From: Candidatus Baldrarchaeota archaeon
Lineage (GTDB): Archaea > Asgardarchaeota > Baldrarchaeia > Baldrarchaeales > DXJG01
Direction: 5' to 3'
NCBI GenBank assembly: GCA_019056805.1
Contig: DXJG01000004.1
Location: 221,647-253,646, forward strand
DNA: 32,000 nucleotides
The translations under genes were made by a program, and so were the position numbers. The notes under the pieces were generated by a model that was not told the DNA's origin, did not search any database, and saw only the letters and a program-made list of their open reading frames with translations. How positions within the stretch are numbered: position 1 is the stretch's first letter; every line of letters starts with the position of its first letter. This document shows positions 19,225 to 28,222 of the stretch, one piece after another.

Positions 19225-19388
19225 TATATAAATCACGGAAAATCCGGAAAAATAAAGGGACATAAATCCGAATTCGATAAATTTTACTGAAAAGTGTTTG
19301 AAAAATAGTAAAACGATGTATAGAGGGTTTATAGATCTTATGGATAAATTTTTATAAGTTTTAAATTTTCCGTGATACGGGAAATTTT
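19225..19388. promoter_or_regulatory. Divergent promoter region with inverted 12-bp motifs
   Basis: TATATAAA 19225-19232; ATCACGGAAAAT 19232-19243 and its exact reverse complement ATTTTCCGTGAT 19365-19376. The latter lies inside an imperfect palindrome at 19363-19388. Confidence 0.55.
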
Positions 19389-19429
19389 AAAAAATATGTG
19401 TTATACTTTAAATTTTGAAAGTGATAATA

Positions 19430-20833
19430 ATGGTAACAACAAATAGATACGATGACCTCTTCCCCGAAACCGATGACCCGAAATTAAAAACTCTATTTGA
19501 AAAAATAAGGATCTATTTAGCACGCTGCGATGGTTTAATTAAAGATTCTAATCCAGGTATATTGGTTAAAAGAGACGATATGGGAACTTTTGATCCCTAT
19601 CTTACTCCCAAAAGTAAAAAAGTATATGATACTATTATTTATAGGCTCAAAATGATTAAGAAATATAGGATAAGCGATTTTGAACAAATACAGCGTCTAC
19701 TTTCTCTAGATTTAGTTAGGGAAAAAAAGCTTAAGAGAAACGAGAGAAAGTTTTTGGAGGCTTTTATTGCATATCCTGATAAAAATTATACAGAAATTGC
19801 AAGGTTATTAGGCGTTACCCCGGCGGCAGTGTTATATAACTTAAAAAAATTCAAGGAAAAGCTTGGTTTGAGATTTGTTTCTCTCTTTGACTATACAAAA
19901 TTTAAATTAAGAAAGTACGTGATATTTGTAAAATTTAAACATCCCTATGATAAGCGAACTGTTTTTAAGGTTTTTGAGAATCCTTCCCTTACAAGTTTCA
20001 ATTTTGATACATTTTCCTCTGAGGGGAAACGATGGGGATGGTTGGGGTTTGTTGTACCTGATCAAAGAAGGGTACTAAAGGATTTTAGGGATTCCATTGC
20101 TGAGCTTGAAGGTGTATTGTTTGATGAAGTTAAGGTTTATGAAGAAAAGGGTATAAGTCATGGTTGGAATTTGGATCGTTTTGATAATAGACGTTGGTTT
20201 TTTCAAGAGGATATGTGGATATATGGGCTCCTGAATTTCGTCGAAAAATATGAGGATATATTACCGCAACCTGATATTTTTTGTTTTTCTTATGAAACAA
20301 TACCTTTTGATAATATAGACTTTCTCATATTTCTTTTTAAAAGAGTAGACTACAAAATTTCTTATCAGAGGATTAGAAGTTTACTTCAAGAGCAGGGATA
20401 CGATTTATCTATTACTCAGATTGGAGAGAAAGTTAAGAAATTGAAGTTTTTCAACGTTTGGAAACCATATGTACATTTAGCAGGTCTCGGCTTATCTGAG
20501 TTTCTTACAGTTAATGTTGAGTGCGACGACAGTATGAAAGAGATTTTATTGAAGGCCTTAACCGAGTTTCCAAGATATTTTGTGTCTATACACGACAAAG
20601 GGCTTTTGTTTATGTTGTTTCTTCCTCATGGTTATGGTGAGAGGTTTGCTTATCTTTTTGATGATTTTAGAGAGCATGTTGATGATATGTTGATTATTCG
20701 AAGGTTTACTAATATTGGTTCTTGGCTTCCTATTAATATGCATAGAATGTGGAATGCTAAAAGAAGGTTTTGGGAAGTAAAGAGAAATTATTTTAATTTC
20801 TATGATAAATTAAAAACATTTCTCCCGATTTAA
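19430..20833 (+). CDS. Tandem (double) Lrp/AsnC-like wHTH-RAM transcriptional regulator with an extra N-terminal domain
   Basis: NYTEIARLLGVTPAAVLYNLKKF...FDYTKFKL, and a second unit ISYQRIRSLL...IGEKVKKL...HLAGLGL. ATG 19430 follows AAGTGA. Confidence 0.75.
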   Translation: MVTTNRYDDLFPETDDPKLKTLFEKIRIYLARCDGLIKDSNPGILVKRDDMGTFDPYLTPKSKKVYDTIIYRLKMIKKYRISDFEQIQRLLSLDLVREKKLKRNERKFLEAFIAYPDKNYTEIARLLGVTPAAVLYNLKKFKEKLGLRFVSLFDYTKFKLRKYVIFVKFKHPYDKRTVFKVFENPSLTSFNFDTFSSEGKRWGWLGFVVPDQRRVLKDFRDSIAELEGVLFDEVKVYEEKGISHGWNLDRFDNRRWFFQEDMWIYGLLNFVEKYEDILPQPDIFCFSYETIPFDNIDFLIFLFKRVDYKISYQRIRSLLQEQGYDLSITQIGEKVKKLKFFNVWKPYVHLAGLGLSEFLTVNVECDDSMKEILLKALTEFPRYFVSIHDKGLLFMLFLPHGYGERFAYLFDDFREHVDDMLIIRRFTNIGSWLPINMHRMWNAKRRFWEVKRNYFNFYDKLKTFLPI

Positions 20834-20840
20834 ATGTGAT

Positions 20841-21995
20841 TTAAACTAGTTTTTCTATGCTTTCTTTAATTCTTTCTAGGGCTGTTTCTAATTTGTTTTT
20901 AGGTACTGTGAAGGAGATTCTTATGTGGTGTTTTCCTCTTGGTCCGAAGAAGGGGTATCCTGGTGAAACTAGGACTCTGGCATCTTTAACTAAATGTTCT
21001 ACTAATTTTTTGGATAGCATTCCGGTTTTTTCTGTGTTTGGGAAAACGTAAAAGGCTCCTTTTGGCTCTGCAGTTTTTATTCCTGGGATTTCTTTAAGTT
21101 TCTTTAAAACTAGTTTTCTTCTCTCTCCATATTCTTTGACTAGTTCTTCCACGTAGTCTTGGGGTCCTTTTAAAGCTGCTAGAGCTGCATATTGCACTAT
21201 TGAGGTAACGGATAAATTTGCTGCGCACGTGACTTTTGACATTTGTTCTATGATTTGCTGGGGTGCTACGGCGTAGCCTATTCTTAGACCTGTCATGCAA
21301 TATGTTTTTGAAAAACTGTTGATTATGATGGTTCTTTCCTCCATTCCTGGTATTTCAGCTATACTTGTAAATTTTCCTTCATAAACAAATTTTTCATATA
21401 CTTCATCGGATAAAACGTAGAAGTTATTGTCTATAGCTATTTCTGCTATACCTTTCAAAGTTTTATAGTCTAGTACTGCTCCGGTTGGATTATTAGGTGA
21501 TATAAGAATTAGAAGCCTTGTTTTCTTAGTAACTTTTTCATTAAGTGCATCTAAATCAAGGTCGTAACCTTTTTCTTCTATTTGAGGTACTTCTACGGTT
21601 TTTCCACCTGCAAGTGTTATGGATCTTATATGGCCTGGGTACCATGGATCTTGAATAAGTACTTCTTCACCTGGATTTACTAAACTCATTATTGCTGCGA
21701 AAACAGCTCCTGTACTACCAGCAGTAATTAGTACTTGTTCTTTTTTTATTTCAGTTCCTATTTTTTGGCTTTCTTTCTCAGCTATTGCTTCTCTAAGTTC
21801 TGGTATACCTTCATCGGGCGTATATCTTGTATAGCTTTTTTCCATAGCTTCTTTTGCAGCATCTAAAATGTGCTTTGGTGTAGCAAAGTCTGGTTCTCCA
21901 ACATTAAGATATATAACATCTTCAAAATCTTTAGCAAGCTTTGCAAGATCGATTAACGAATATTTCTCACATTTTAAAACCCTTTCAGCAAACAC
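20841..21995 (-). CDS. PLP-dependent aminotransferase class I/II (aspartate aminotransferase-like)
   Basis: GEPDF, SPNNPTG, DEVY, SFSKTYCMTGLRIGY and GAFY. GGAGG SD 7 nt before GTG 21995. Confidence 0.92.
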   Translation of the reverse strand: MFAERVLKCEKYSLIDLAKLAKDFEDVIYLNVGEPDFATPKHILDAAKEAMEKSYTRYTPDEGIPELREAIAEKESQKIGTEIKKEQVLITAGSTGAVFAAIMSLVNPGEEVLIQDPWYPGHIRSITLAGGKTVEVPQIEEKGYDLDLDALNEKVTKKTRLLILISPNNPTGAVLDYKTLKGIAEIAIDNNFYVLSDEVYEKFVYEGKFTSIAEIPGMEERTIIINSFSKTYCMTGLRIGYAVAPQQIIEQMSKVTCAANLSVTSIVQYAALAALKGPQDYVEELVKEYGERRKLVLKKLKEIPGIKTAEPKGAFYVFPNTEKTGMLSKKLVEHLVKDARVLVSPGYPFFGPRGKHHIRISFTVPKNKLETALERIKESIEKLV

Positions 21996-22267
21996 ATAAA
22001 ATCCTCCCAAATTATTCATGCCTGATAGGGATAAAGGTAAATTATAAGTTAAATATGTTTGATATCTTCATTAATAAGTTATTAGAGAATTTAAAATATA
22101 CACTTGAAATCATAAATATATGCTCCGTTGACTTGCCCAAAATATACTAAAGAGAGACTAGTTTCTTACCTTAGAGGATATAGAGATGTATTGGAAAATA
22201 TCGTGATGTTTTAGAAATGTGAAAAATAGTTTGTGTATAGGTTTGTATCCCTAGGCCCTTGGTTCAT

Positions 22268-23479
22268 TTATATGTTTTCAAGACTGTCAACTTTTTCGGG
22301 AGATTTAGCTAAAGATACATGCTCACCAATTACAAGTTCTTCTGTGTATTTTATTTCTCCATAGATTCTACATTCATCATTAATGTATATTCTCTTACCA
22401 TGTAGGTTCCTAGCTGAAGATCCTCGTTTCATACGTATTTCTTCAGCATATACATCTTCAACACTTGCTCTTCTACCTATGATGGCTATCTTGGCATATA
22501 TAGGTCCTATGACCTCCCCCCTTTTACCTATTTCAAATCTTTCAGCTCTTATTCCCTTAAGAGTTCTAACACTTCCTCCTATTGAAACATTTTTGCCTTT
22601 AACCTCCTCTGCCTTTAAAGTTCCTCCAACCTTTATATATGAGGCTTCTAAAGTATTTCCAATTTCAGCTGTTCCTCCAACAGAGAATTCATCTTCTAGT
22701 TTGATAGATTGTTTAGCGTTTAATGTTCCACCTACTATTATGCTTTCTCCTTCAGCTTTACCTCTTATTTTAACGGTTCCTCCAACCTTTATTTTCTCAA
22801 ATTTTATATCCTCATCGATTTCAAGCGTCCCCCCAACTTTTATTGTACCTCCTTCTCCTGTTGTGATTTTTACGCTGCCACCAACTTTTATTTCTCCAAA
22901 TTTAAGGAAATCTTCCGCTTCCAAGGTTCCTCCAACCTTTATTGACCCATTAACCTCTCCGCTGCTTAACTCTACGCTTCCTCCAACATTAATATTCTCA
23001 ACTGAAACCTTTCCTTTAATTTCAAGAGAACCTCCAACCTTTATTTTCTCAGCTTTTACATCACTTTCGGCTTCAAATGAACCTCCAGCAATTATTCTAT
23101 TTGCAACAATTTCTTTTGTTGTCTCTAAGCTTCCTCCAACCTTTATTTCCTCTGCTTTTGTAGTACCTCTAACCCTAAGAGAGTTATCTACTTCTATATT
23201 GGTAGCTTGTAAATTTCCGTGTACGTAGAGGCTTCCGTCCTCAATACTTATACTATTTTCCACAGTAAGGTTCCCTCTAACTTCTACATTATCTTCTTCA
23301 CCTTCAAGACTCCTTGCTTCTACATCAGCTTCAAATAGAACTCTTCCACGGCAAATTATTATGCCTTCAACAATAATTTTCGGTGGGGTTCCTTCTCCTT
23401 GAATGATACTGTTTCTTCCGATTTCCAAATTTTCTTTAACAATTCCAATAGTTTCTTTGCTATGTGGGGGTATTTTCAT
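22268..23479 (-). CDS. Long bactofilin-like (polymer-forming cytoskeletal) beta-helix protein
   Basis: Twelve I-K-V-G-G-[ST]-hydrophobic repeats with 16-18 aa period. GAGGTGA SD before ATG 23479. Confidence 0.8.
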   Translation of the reverse strand: MKIPPHSKETIGIVKENLEIGRNSIIQGEGTPPKIIVEGIIICRGRVLFEADVEARSLEGEEDNVEVRGNLTVENSISIEDGSLYVHGNLQATNIEVDNSLRVRGTTKAEEIKVGGSLETTKEIVANRIIAGGSFEAESDVKAEKIKVGGSLEIKGKVSVENINVGGSVELSSGEVNGSIKVGGTLEAEDFLKFGEIKVGGSVKITTGEGGTIKVGGTLEIDEDIKFEKIKVGGTVKIRGKAEGESIIVGGTLNAKQSIKLEDEFSVGGTAEIGNTLEASYIKVGGTLKAEEVKGKNVSIGGSVRTLKGIRAERFEIGKRGEVIGPIYAKIAIIGRRASVEDVYAEEIRMKRGSSARNLHGKRIYINDECRIYGEIKYTEELVIGEHVSLAKSPEKVDSLENI

Positions 23480-23565
23480 TTTATCACCTCTAAAACAATT
23501 AGGATGGTGCTGTTTAAAAAAATAAGGCACGAAAAGTACTCACATTTTGTGATTACTAAATGTTA

Positions 23566-23841
23566 TTATTCTTCGAGAATTATCATGAATTCTCTCATCT
23601 TCCAATACGCGTCAAGAAATTCTAAGCCTCTACTAGTAATTCTATATCTTTTTTTATCGTCAATTAATTCCTCGTAGAGTAATCCTGCTGAAACGAGTTT
23701 CTCAATAACCTTTTTAGCTCTATCTACCGGTAGTCTAGCTCCATAAGAAGCTCTAGTAAGAGAACATGGCTCAAGTCTTCGAATAACCTCAAGAATTTCA
23801 GCATATATATCATACTTGGTTCTCCTTCCTGAACGCTTCAA
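23566..23841 (-). CDS. Small archaeal winged-HTH regulator (ArnR1/HTH_45-like)
   Basis: RRTKYDIYAEIL...LTRASYGARL...YRITSRGLEFL; GGAGG SD. Confidence 0.85.
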   Translation of the reverse strand: MKRSGRRTKYDIYAEILEVIRRLEPCSLTRASYGARLPVDRAKKVIEKLVSAGLLYEELIDDKKRYRITSRGLEFLDAYWKMREFMIILEE

Positions 23842-24125
23842 CGTATCCTCCCCGTAAATTCAAAACCACACTATGTACCAATTATTCTCCAAACTTAAAT
23901 TATTTTACCTCCTGCAAAAATGAGCGGGTATAAACCTAGAGAACTTCGGGAATTTGTTTATGTAAGCTCGAAGAACATGGTCATAACGTTATATCAAAAT
24001 TTGAGATATTTTTCAATCCTATCAAAGTACATCAGATACTTTTCTACGAATAAAAAAGGGGTTAATAGATCTAATTATGTTAATCTGGATATTCTAATAA
24101 AGAATAGTCTATTCGATTATTGTTG

Positions 24126-25061
24126 TTATTGTAAATATTGTTTGGGGATCTTCGCAGTTACGGTGTACAATGAATTTACCATTTGAGTGACATTGAGTTT
24201 AGCTGCTAAGCTGAGAAGCATATAAGCGTCAACTTTTTCAAAATTGTAATCCGATTCCATCCACTTAATTAACTCCATAAAAGCTAGTTTTGCAGCTTCT
24301 TCAAGAGGTTTATCACTGCAAATAGTCATAATTTCCTCTGGAGACTCTACCCTAGGCCAGTCAACTCTCTTACCCTTAATTAAATCAAATCTCAACTTAA
24401 TGTTAGCGGAAACCTCTAGAGCTGTTCCACAAATCTTTCCATCTCCCTGTACAGCATGAACATTACCTAAACTAAATAACGCACCTTCCTTAAAAACAGG
24501 TAAATAAAGCTTATTTCCAGGACAGATGTCCGGACAGTCCATACTGCCTCCGTGACGCCCAGGTGTTATCGTAGAAATAGTTTCAATTTCAGGAGACACG
24601 CCAATAGTTCCAATGAATGGTTTTACAGGTATCTCCACCTCACTTCCTTTATTTGTTTTGTAGATTACTTTTCCTTTCCTAATTTTCGGAAATTTTGTTA
24701 CAATTTCCGGTATTTCTATTAAGCCTTTAAGCGCTCCAAAATCTGGTGAGATGGTTGTTACACCTATTTCTGGGGTCCTTATATCTAGTATATCTACGAT
24801 AAGTGTGTCCCCAAGTTTCGCTTCTTCAATATAAACCGGCCCAGTTACAGGATTAATAAAACGTAACAATCCCTTTTCAACTGTTTCCTTTAGTTCTTTA
24901 CCTATTTTCACAACGTCTCCAAAGCGATCATGAGTTTCAATTTCAACGGTTTCTTTAGGCTTAACCCATATCATAGGTTCGTTTAAAGGTCCAAAAGTAC
25001 AATTACTTATATGCGACAATCTGTCATAGGATTTCTTATCTATTTTTCTAACAATTTCCAA
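24126..25061 (-). CDS. Acetamidase/formamidase (FmdA/AmdA) family protein with substituted metal-site motifs
   Basis: NPVTGPVYI, PFIGTIG, HGGSMD, LYLPVF, GNVHAVQGDGK. Confidence 0.85.
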   Translation of the reverse strand: MEIVRKIDKKSYDRLSHISNCTFGPLNEPMIWVKPKETVEIETHDRFGDVVKIGKELKETVEKGLLRFINPVTGPVYIEEAKLGDTLIVDILDIRTPEIGVTTISPDFGALKGLIEIPEIVTKFPKIRKGKVIYKTNKGSEVEIPVKPFIGTIGVSPEIETISTITPGRHGGSMDCPDICPGNKLYLPVFKEGALFSLGNVHAVQGDGKICGTALEVSANIKLRFDLIKGKRVDWPRVESPEEIMTICSDKPLEEAAKLAFMELIKWMESDYNFEKVDAYMLLSLAAKLNVTQMVNSLYTVTAKIPKQYLQ

Positions 25062-25262
25062 TAATTCAACTCCACTTCACACTTAACCTTGGTTAAACAG
25101 TTTATAAAAACTATGGAAAAATTATTTTCAAAATGAAATAAAATAATTTAGCTAGTTTAAGAAAAACAAGAAACAGTAGTTCTGTTAGTGTATTAAAAAG
25201 AAAACTCTACAGTCCGTTTATATTTTTAATTTTAACAACATGTATCGTAGAGATACTTCTTT

Positions 25263-26408
25263 CTAAAGTCCTTTAATGATCTTCCTTAGGTTATCTACGA
25301 GGTGAAGGATATCTGCTTCAGTATTGTATATGTGGGGCGATATTCTGATCATATTTTGTCTTATGCTCAACTCTACAGGTCTTTTCAACTTATGCAACTT
25401 TTCGACAACTTTTCTAACGTCTCTACCGTTAATTTTGAATGTTATTATTGAACCTCTATTTTCAGGCGTTATAACATTAATGTCTTCCGTTGAATTTATT
25501 TCCTCGGCCAGTATTTCGGTTAACTTCATATTATGATTATAGATTTTTTCTATCCCAATTTTCGTTAGATATTTTATTGATTCTGCAAGCCCTACCTTTA
25601 CACCATATGCACTAGTACTATATTCAAATTTTCTAGCTGTGGATGCAAATTTTAATTTCCGCGGGTTAAAATTCCACATGTCTTCTGTAGATCGCCAACC
25701 CACAAATGCAGGTTCCAATCTATCACATAATTTCTTTGATATGTACGCTATTGCAGCGCCAAAAGGAGCTAACAACCATTTATAGCTACCAGTAATATAA
25801 ACATCAACGTTCAATTCTCTTACATTTATTGGCAAGTATCCAGCTGCCTGTATCCCGTCTATAACTACTATGGCACCAACTTCATGAGCGTGCTTAGCAA
25901 TTTTCTTAATATCATGTTTTTGACCAGTAAGATACTCTACATGACTTAAAGCGACAACCCTCGTATCTTCATCAATTTCATCCAACAAATCATCAATTGA
26001 AATACACCAATTTTTAGCATTAACAAGCTTCACCTTGATGCTTTCTTTGCGAGCAATTCTTAGCCACGGATAGGTAACACTTGGAAATTCTACATCAGTT
26101 GATACAACCTTACCATCTTTCAACTCTAAACTCCACGCAATAGAATTCAACGCTTCAGAAACACTATTAAAAATAGCAATATCCTCCGCATTACAACCTA
26201 AAAGTTTAGCTCCCTCTTTCCTAAGATTATCATAAACTAAACTTTCCTTCTCTTCATCTAAAGCTAAAGTACCGCACCTAGCCAATTCAATGAAAAATTC
26301 CTGTGTCGCTTCGATAACAGTATTAGGAACTAGCCCAATACTAGCAGTATTCAAATAATCAACCTTATCTATAACTGAGAAATCATTTGAAACATCTTTA
26401 ATATTCAT
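25263..26408 (-). CDS. PLP-dependent class V aminotransferase (cysteine desulfurase/lyase-like)
   Basis: YLNTAS, EFPS, SHVEY, DGIQ, GSYKWL and RISPHIYN. Confidence 0.88.
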   Translation of the reverse strand: MNIKDVSNDFSVIDKVDYLNTASIGLVPNTVIEATQEFFIELARCGTLALDEEKESLVYDNLRKEGAKLLGCNAEDIAIFNSVSEALNSIAWSLELKDGKVVSTDVEFPSVTYPWLRIARKESIKVKLVNAKNWCISIDDLLDEIDEDTRVVALSHVEYLTGQKHDIKKIAKHAHEVGAIVVIDGIQAAGYLPINVRELNVDVYITGSYKWLLAPFGAAIAYISKKLCDRLEPAFVGWRSTEDMWNFNPRKLKFASTARKFEYSTSAYGVKVGLAESIKYLTKIGIEKIYNHNMKLTEILAEEINSTEDINVITPENRGSIITFKINGRDVRKVVEKLHKLKRPVELSIRQNMIRISPHIYNTEADILHLVDNLRKIIKGL

Positions 26409-26514
26409 GTTGTTCGCCTCAGGAACTTAATCTAGTTTCACTTTAACTTATTTAATAATTTAACCTAAATAACTTAATTAGAAGTTGTAGCAATAATTAG
26501 ATGTAGGGGAAAGG

Positions 26515-27483
26515 TTGAGAAAGTTGAGGGAAAAGGTGGCGTTGATCTGTGGTTTGCTGCTAGTATCCTTGTTTCCAGTGGTCTCACCTAGTTTGGTTGA
26601 GTGGAAAACTAGGGTTATAGTGTATTTTGATAATGATTTAGCTGGGGAAGGTTATTATAATTACACTTTAGAAAATGTTTTTAACTTTACAGATGCTGCT
26701 GGGAACATTTTCACTGTTTCAAATATTTCATTCAGTTTTATTTATAATTTTACTAGCGGAGTTAACTATGCTCAAGGTTTTCTATATAGAGTGGTTGGCT
26801 ATGGATATGAAATTTATCGAAAGTATCATATTTGGGGAGGAACCAGCGACTATCAGATTAACGGGGTTCTAGAAAGAATTTATCGATTTAATGAATCAAT
26901 AGAAGAATATTGGCACGGAACAATTAAATTTAAAGATGAAGAAGTAACAAAATACGCTTATACGCGTAGAAATTACACTATAAGAGTTTTGAGTAAAACA
27001 GAAGTATACCTAAAAGATATTGATGAAGTAGTGGAGGCATTTCCAATCTTAGAAACTATCAGCTCAACAGGATACTTCCTAACAAAAATAAATTATACTA
27101 ACGGTGTTCAAATGGTTGAAGAAATATTTCCAAATCAGACAAGGGTAAAAAAGCTTTACAACAATAGTATATTAGTTAATGAAACAAGGTCCACATATCG
27201 TTACTATATCTATGAAAGCTACATTCACTACTATTACGATACCAAAGACATCGTTGTTAAAATAGTTCATGAAACCATCTTATCCGTCGTACCTGAAAAT
27301 AAAATTTTAAAAAGTCAAATCGTCCGCCGAACAAAAGAAATTGAAGCAATAACCACACCAATTACCACACTAATCGAAAAAATAACAAAAAACTTAAAGA
27401 CAATAATCATAACCGCAATTATAGCAATATTAACACTTTTCTTGACATATTATCGAAGAAAAAGACGCAAACATTCCATCTAA
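26515..27483 (+). CDS. Cell-surface glycoprotein with signal peptide and C-terminal TM anchor
   Basis: N-terminal signal, ten N-x-S/T sequons, C-terminal TM followed by RRKRRK. Confidence 0.8.
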   Translation: MRKLREKVALICGLLLVSLFPVVSPSLVEWKTRVIVYFDNDLAGEGYYNYTLENVFNFTDAAGNIFTVSNISFSFIYNFTSGVNYAQGFLYRVVGYGYEIYRKYHIWGGTSDYQINGVLERIYRFNESIEEYWHGTIKFKDEEVTKYAYTRRNYTIRVLSKTEVYLKDIDEVVEAFPILETISSTGYFLTKINYTNGVQMVEEIFPNQTRVKKLYNNSILVNETRSTYRYYIYESYIHYYYDTKDIVVKIVHETILSVVPENKILKSQIVRRTKEIEAITTPITTLIEKITKNLKTIIITAIIAILTLFLTYYRRKRRKHSI

Positions 27484-27600
27484 ACTAAACTTGTCCTAGT
27501 TCCTTTTTATCATGCACTCTTATTATCTTTGTAACAAGAAAAACATAAAATGAACTTATGATTTATTATTGGGTTATGGGTATTGTTCTATGGTGATAGA

Positions 27601-28197
27601 ATGAGGGTTTTAGGACTTGTTTTTAGTGCTCGTGAGAGAGGTAATTGTTATTATTGTGTCAATTATTGTTTAGAGAAGTTTAGGGTACATGGTTTTGAAA
27701 CTCAGCTTATTAATGCTTATGATTATGAAATAAAACCTTGTAGTCACTGTAATTATGAGTGTTTTTCTAAAGAACTTGAAAGTAGGGAGGAGAGATGTCC
27801 AATAAAAGATGATTTACCTAAAATCTATGATTTAATGGAAAAGGCAGATATACTTATTTTTGGTATACCATGTTACGCGGGACACGTGTCAGGTTTATAT
27901 AGGGCGTTTTCAGAGAGAATGGCAAGTTTAGGATGGAGTAAAATAGAAAAAATTTTGCTCAATAAGCTTAAAGGGTTTATAGTTGTAGGTAATCTTTCAG
28001 CTTGGGGAGATTTAACATTACACGAAGTACTGGTAGATTTCTATAATGCAAAGATCCCTCCAGAAGCATTACTACTACAAACACTGGAATATGGTAGAAT
28101 TTCTTTGAAAGGAGACTTAATAGAGGAATCTATAGTTAAAAAGAAGCTAGAATGGTTGGTAAATCGGTTAATAAAAAAGTATGAACAGTTAGTTTAA
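27601..28197 (+). CDS. Flavodoxin-like/iron-sulfur flavoprotein (NADPH-dependent FMN reductase family)
   Basis: SARERGN, PCSHCNYEC...CPIKDD and ADILIFGIPCY. Confidence 0.85.
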   Translation: MRVLGLVFSARERGNCYYCVNYCLEKFRVHGFETQLINAYDYEIKPCSHCNYECFSKELESREERCPIKDDLPKIYDLMEKADILIFGIPCYAGHVSGLYRAFSERMASLGWSKIEKILLNKLKGFIVVGNLSAWGDLTLHEVLVDFYNAKIPPEALLLQTLEYGRISLKGDLIEESIVKKKLEWLVNRLIKKYEQLV

Positions 28198-28222
28198 TAA
28201 AAGAAGTTTTTGCTTGTTTAGT

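Noticed and set aside
22570-23150. Recurring TTCCTCCAACCTTTAT resembling a CRISPR array
   Set aside because: It encodes the IKVGG protein repeats, copies vary at synonymous sites, and no cas genes are present.
22383-23228. 281-aa plus-strand ORF
   Set aside because: Antisense shadow of the repetitive bactofilin-like gene (PPT repeats mirror VGG).
23920-24186. 88-aa plus-strand ORF
   Set aside because: Low-complexity AT-rich intergenic read-through overlapping the amidase 3' end, with no SD or motif.
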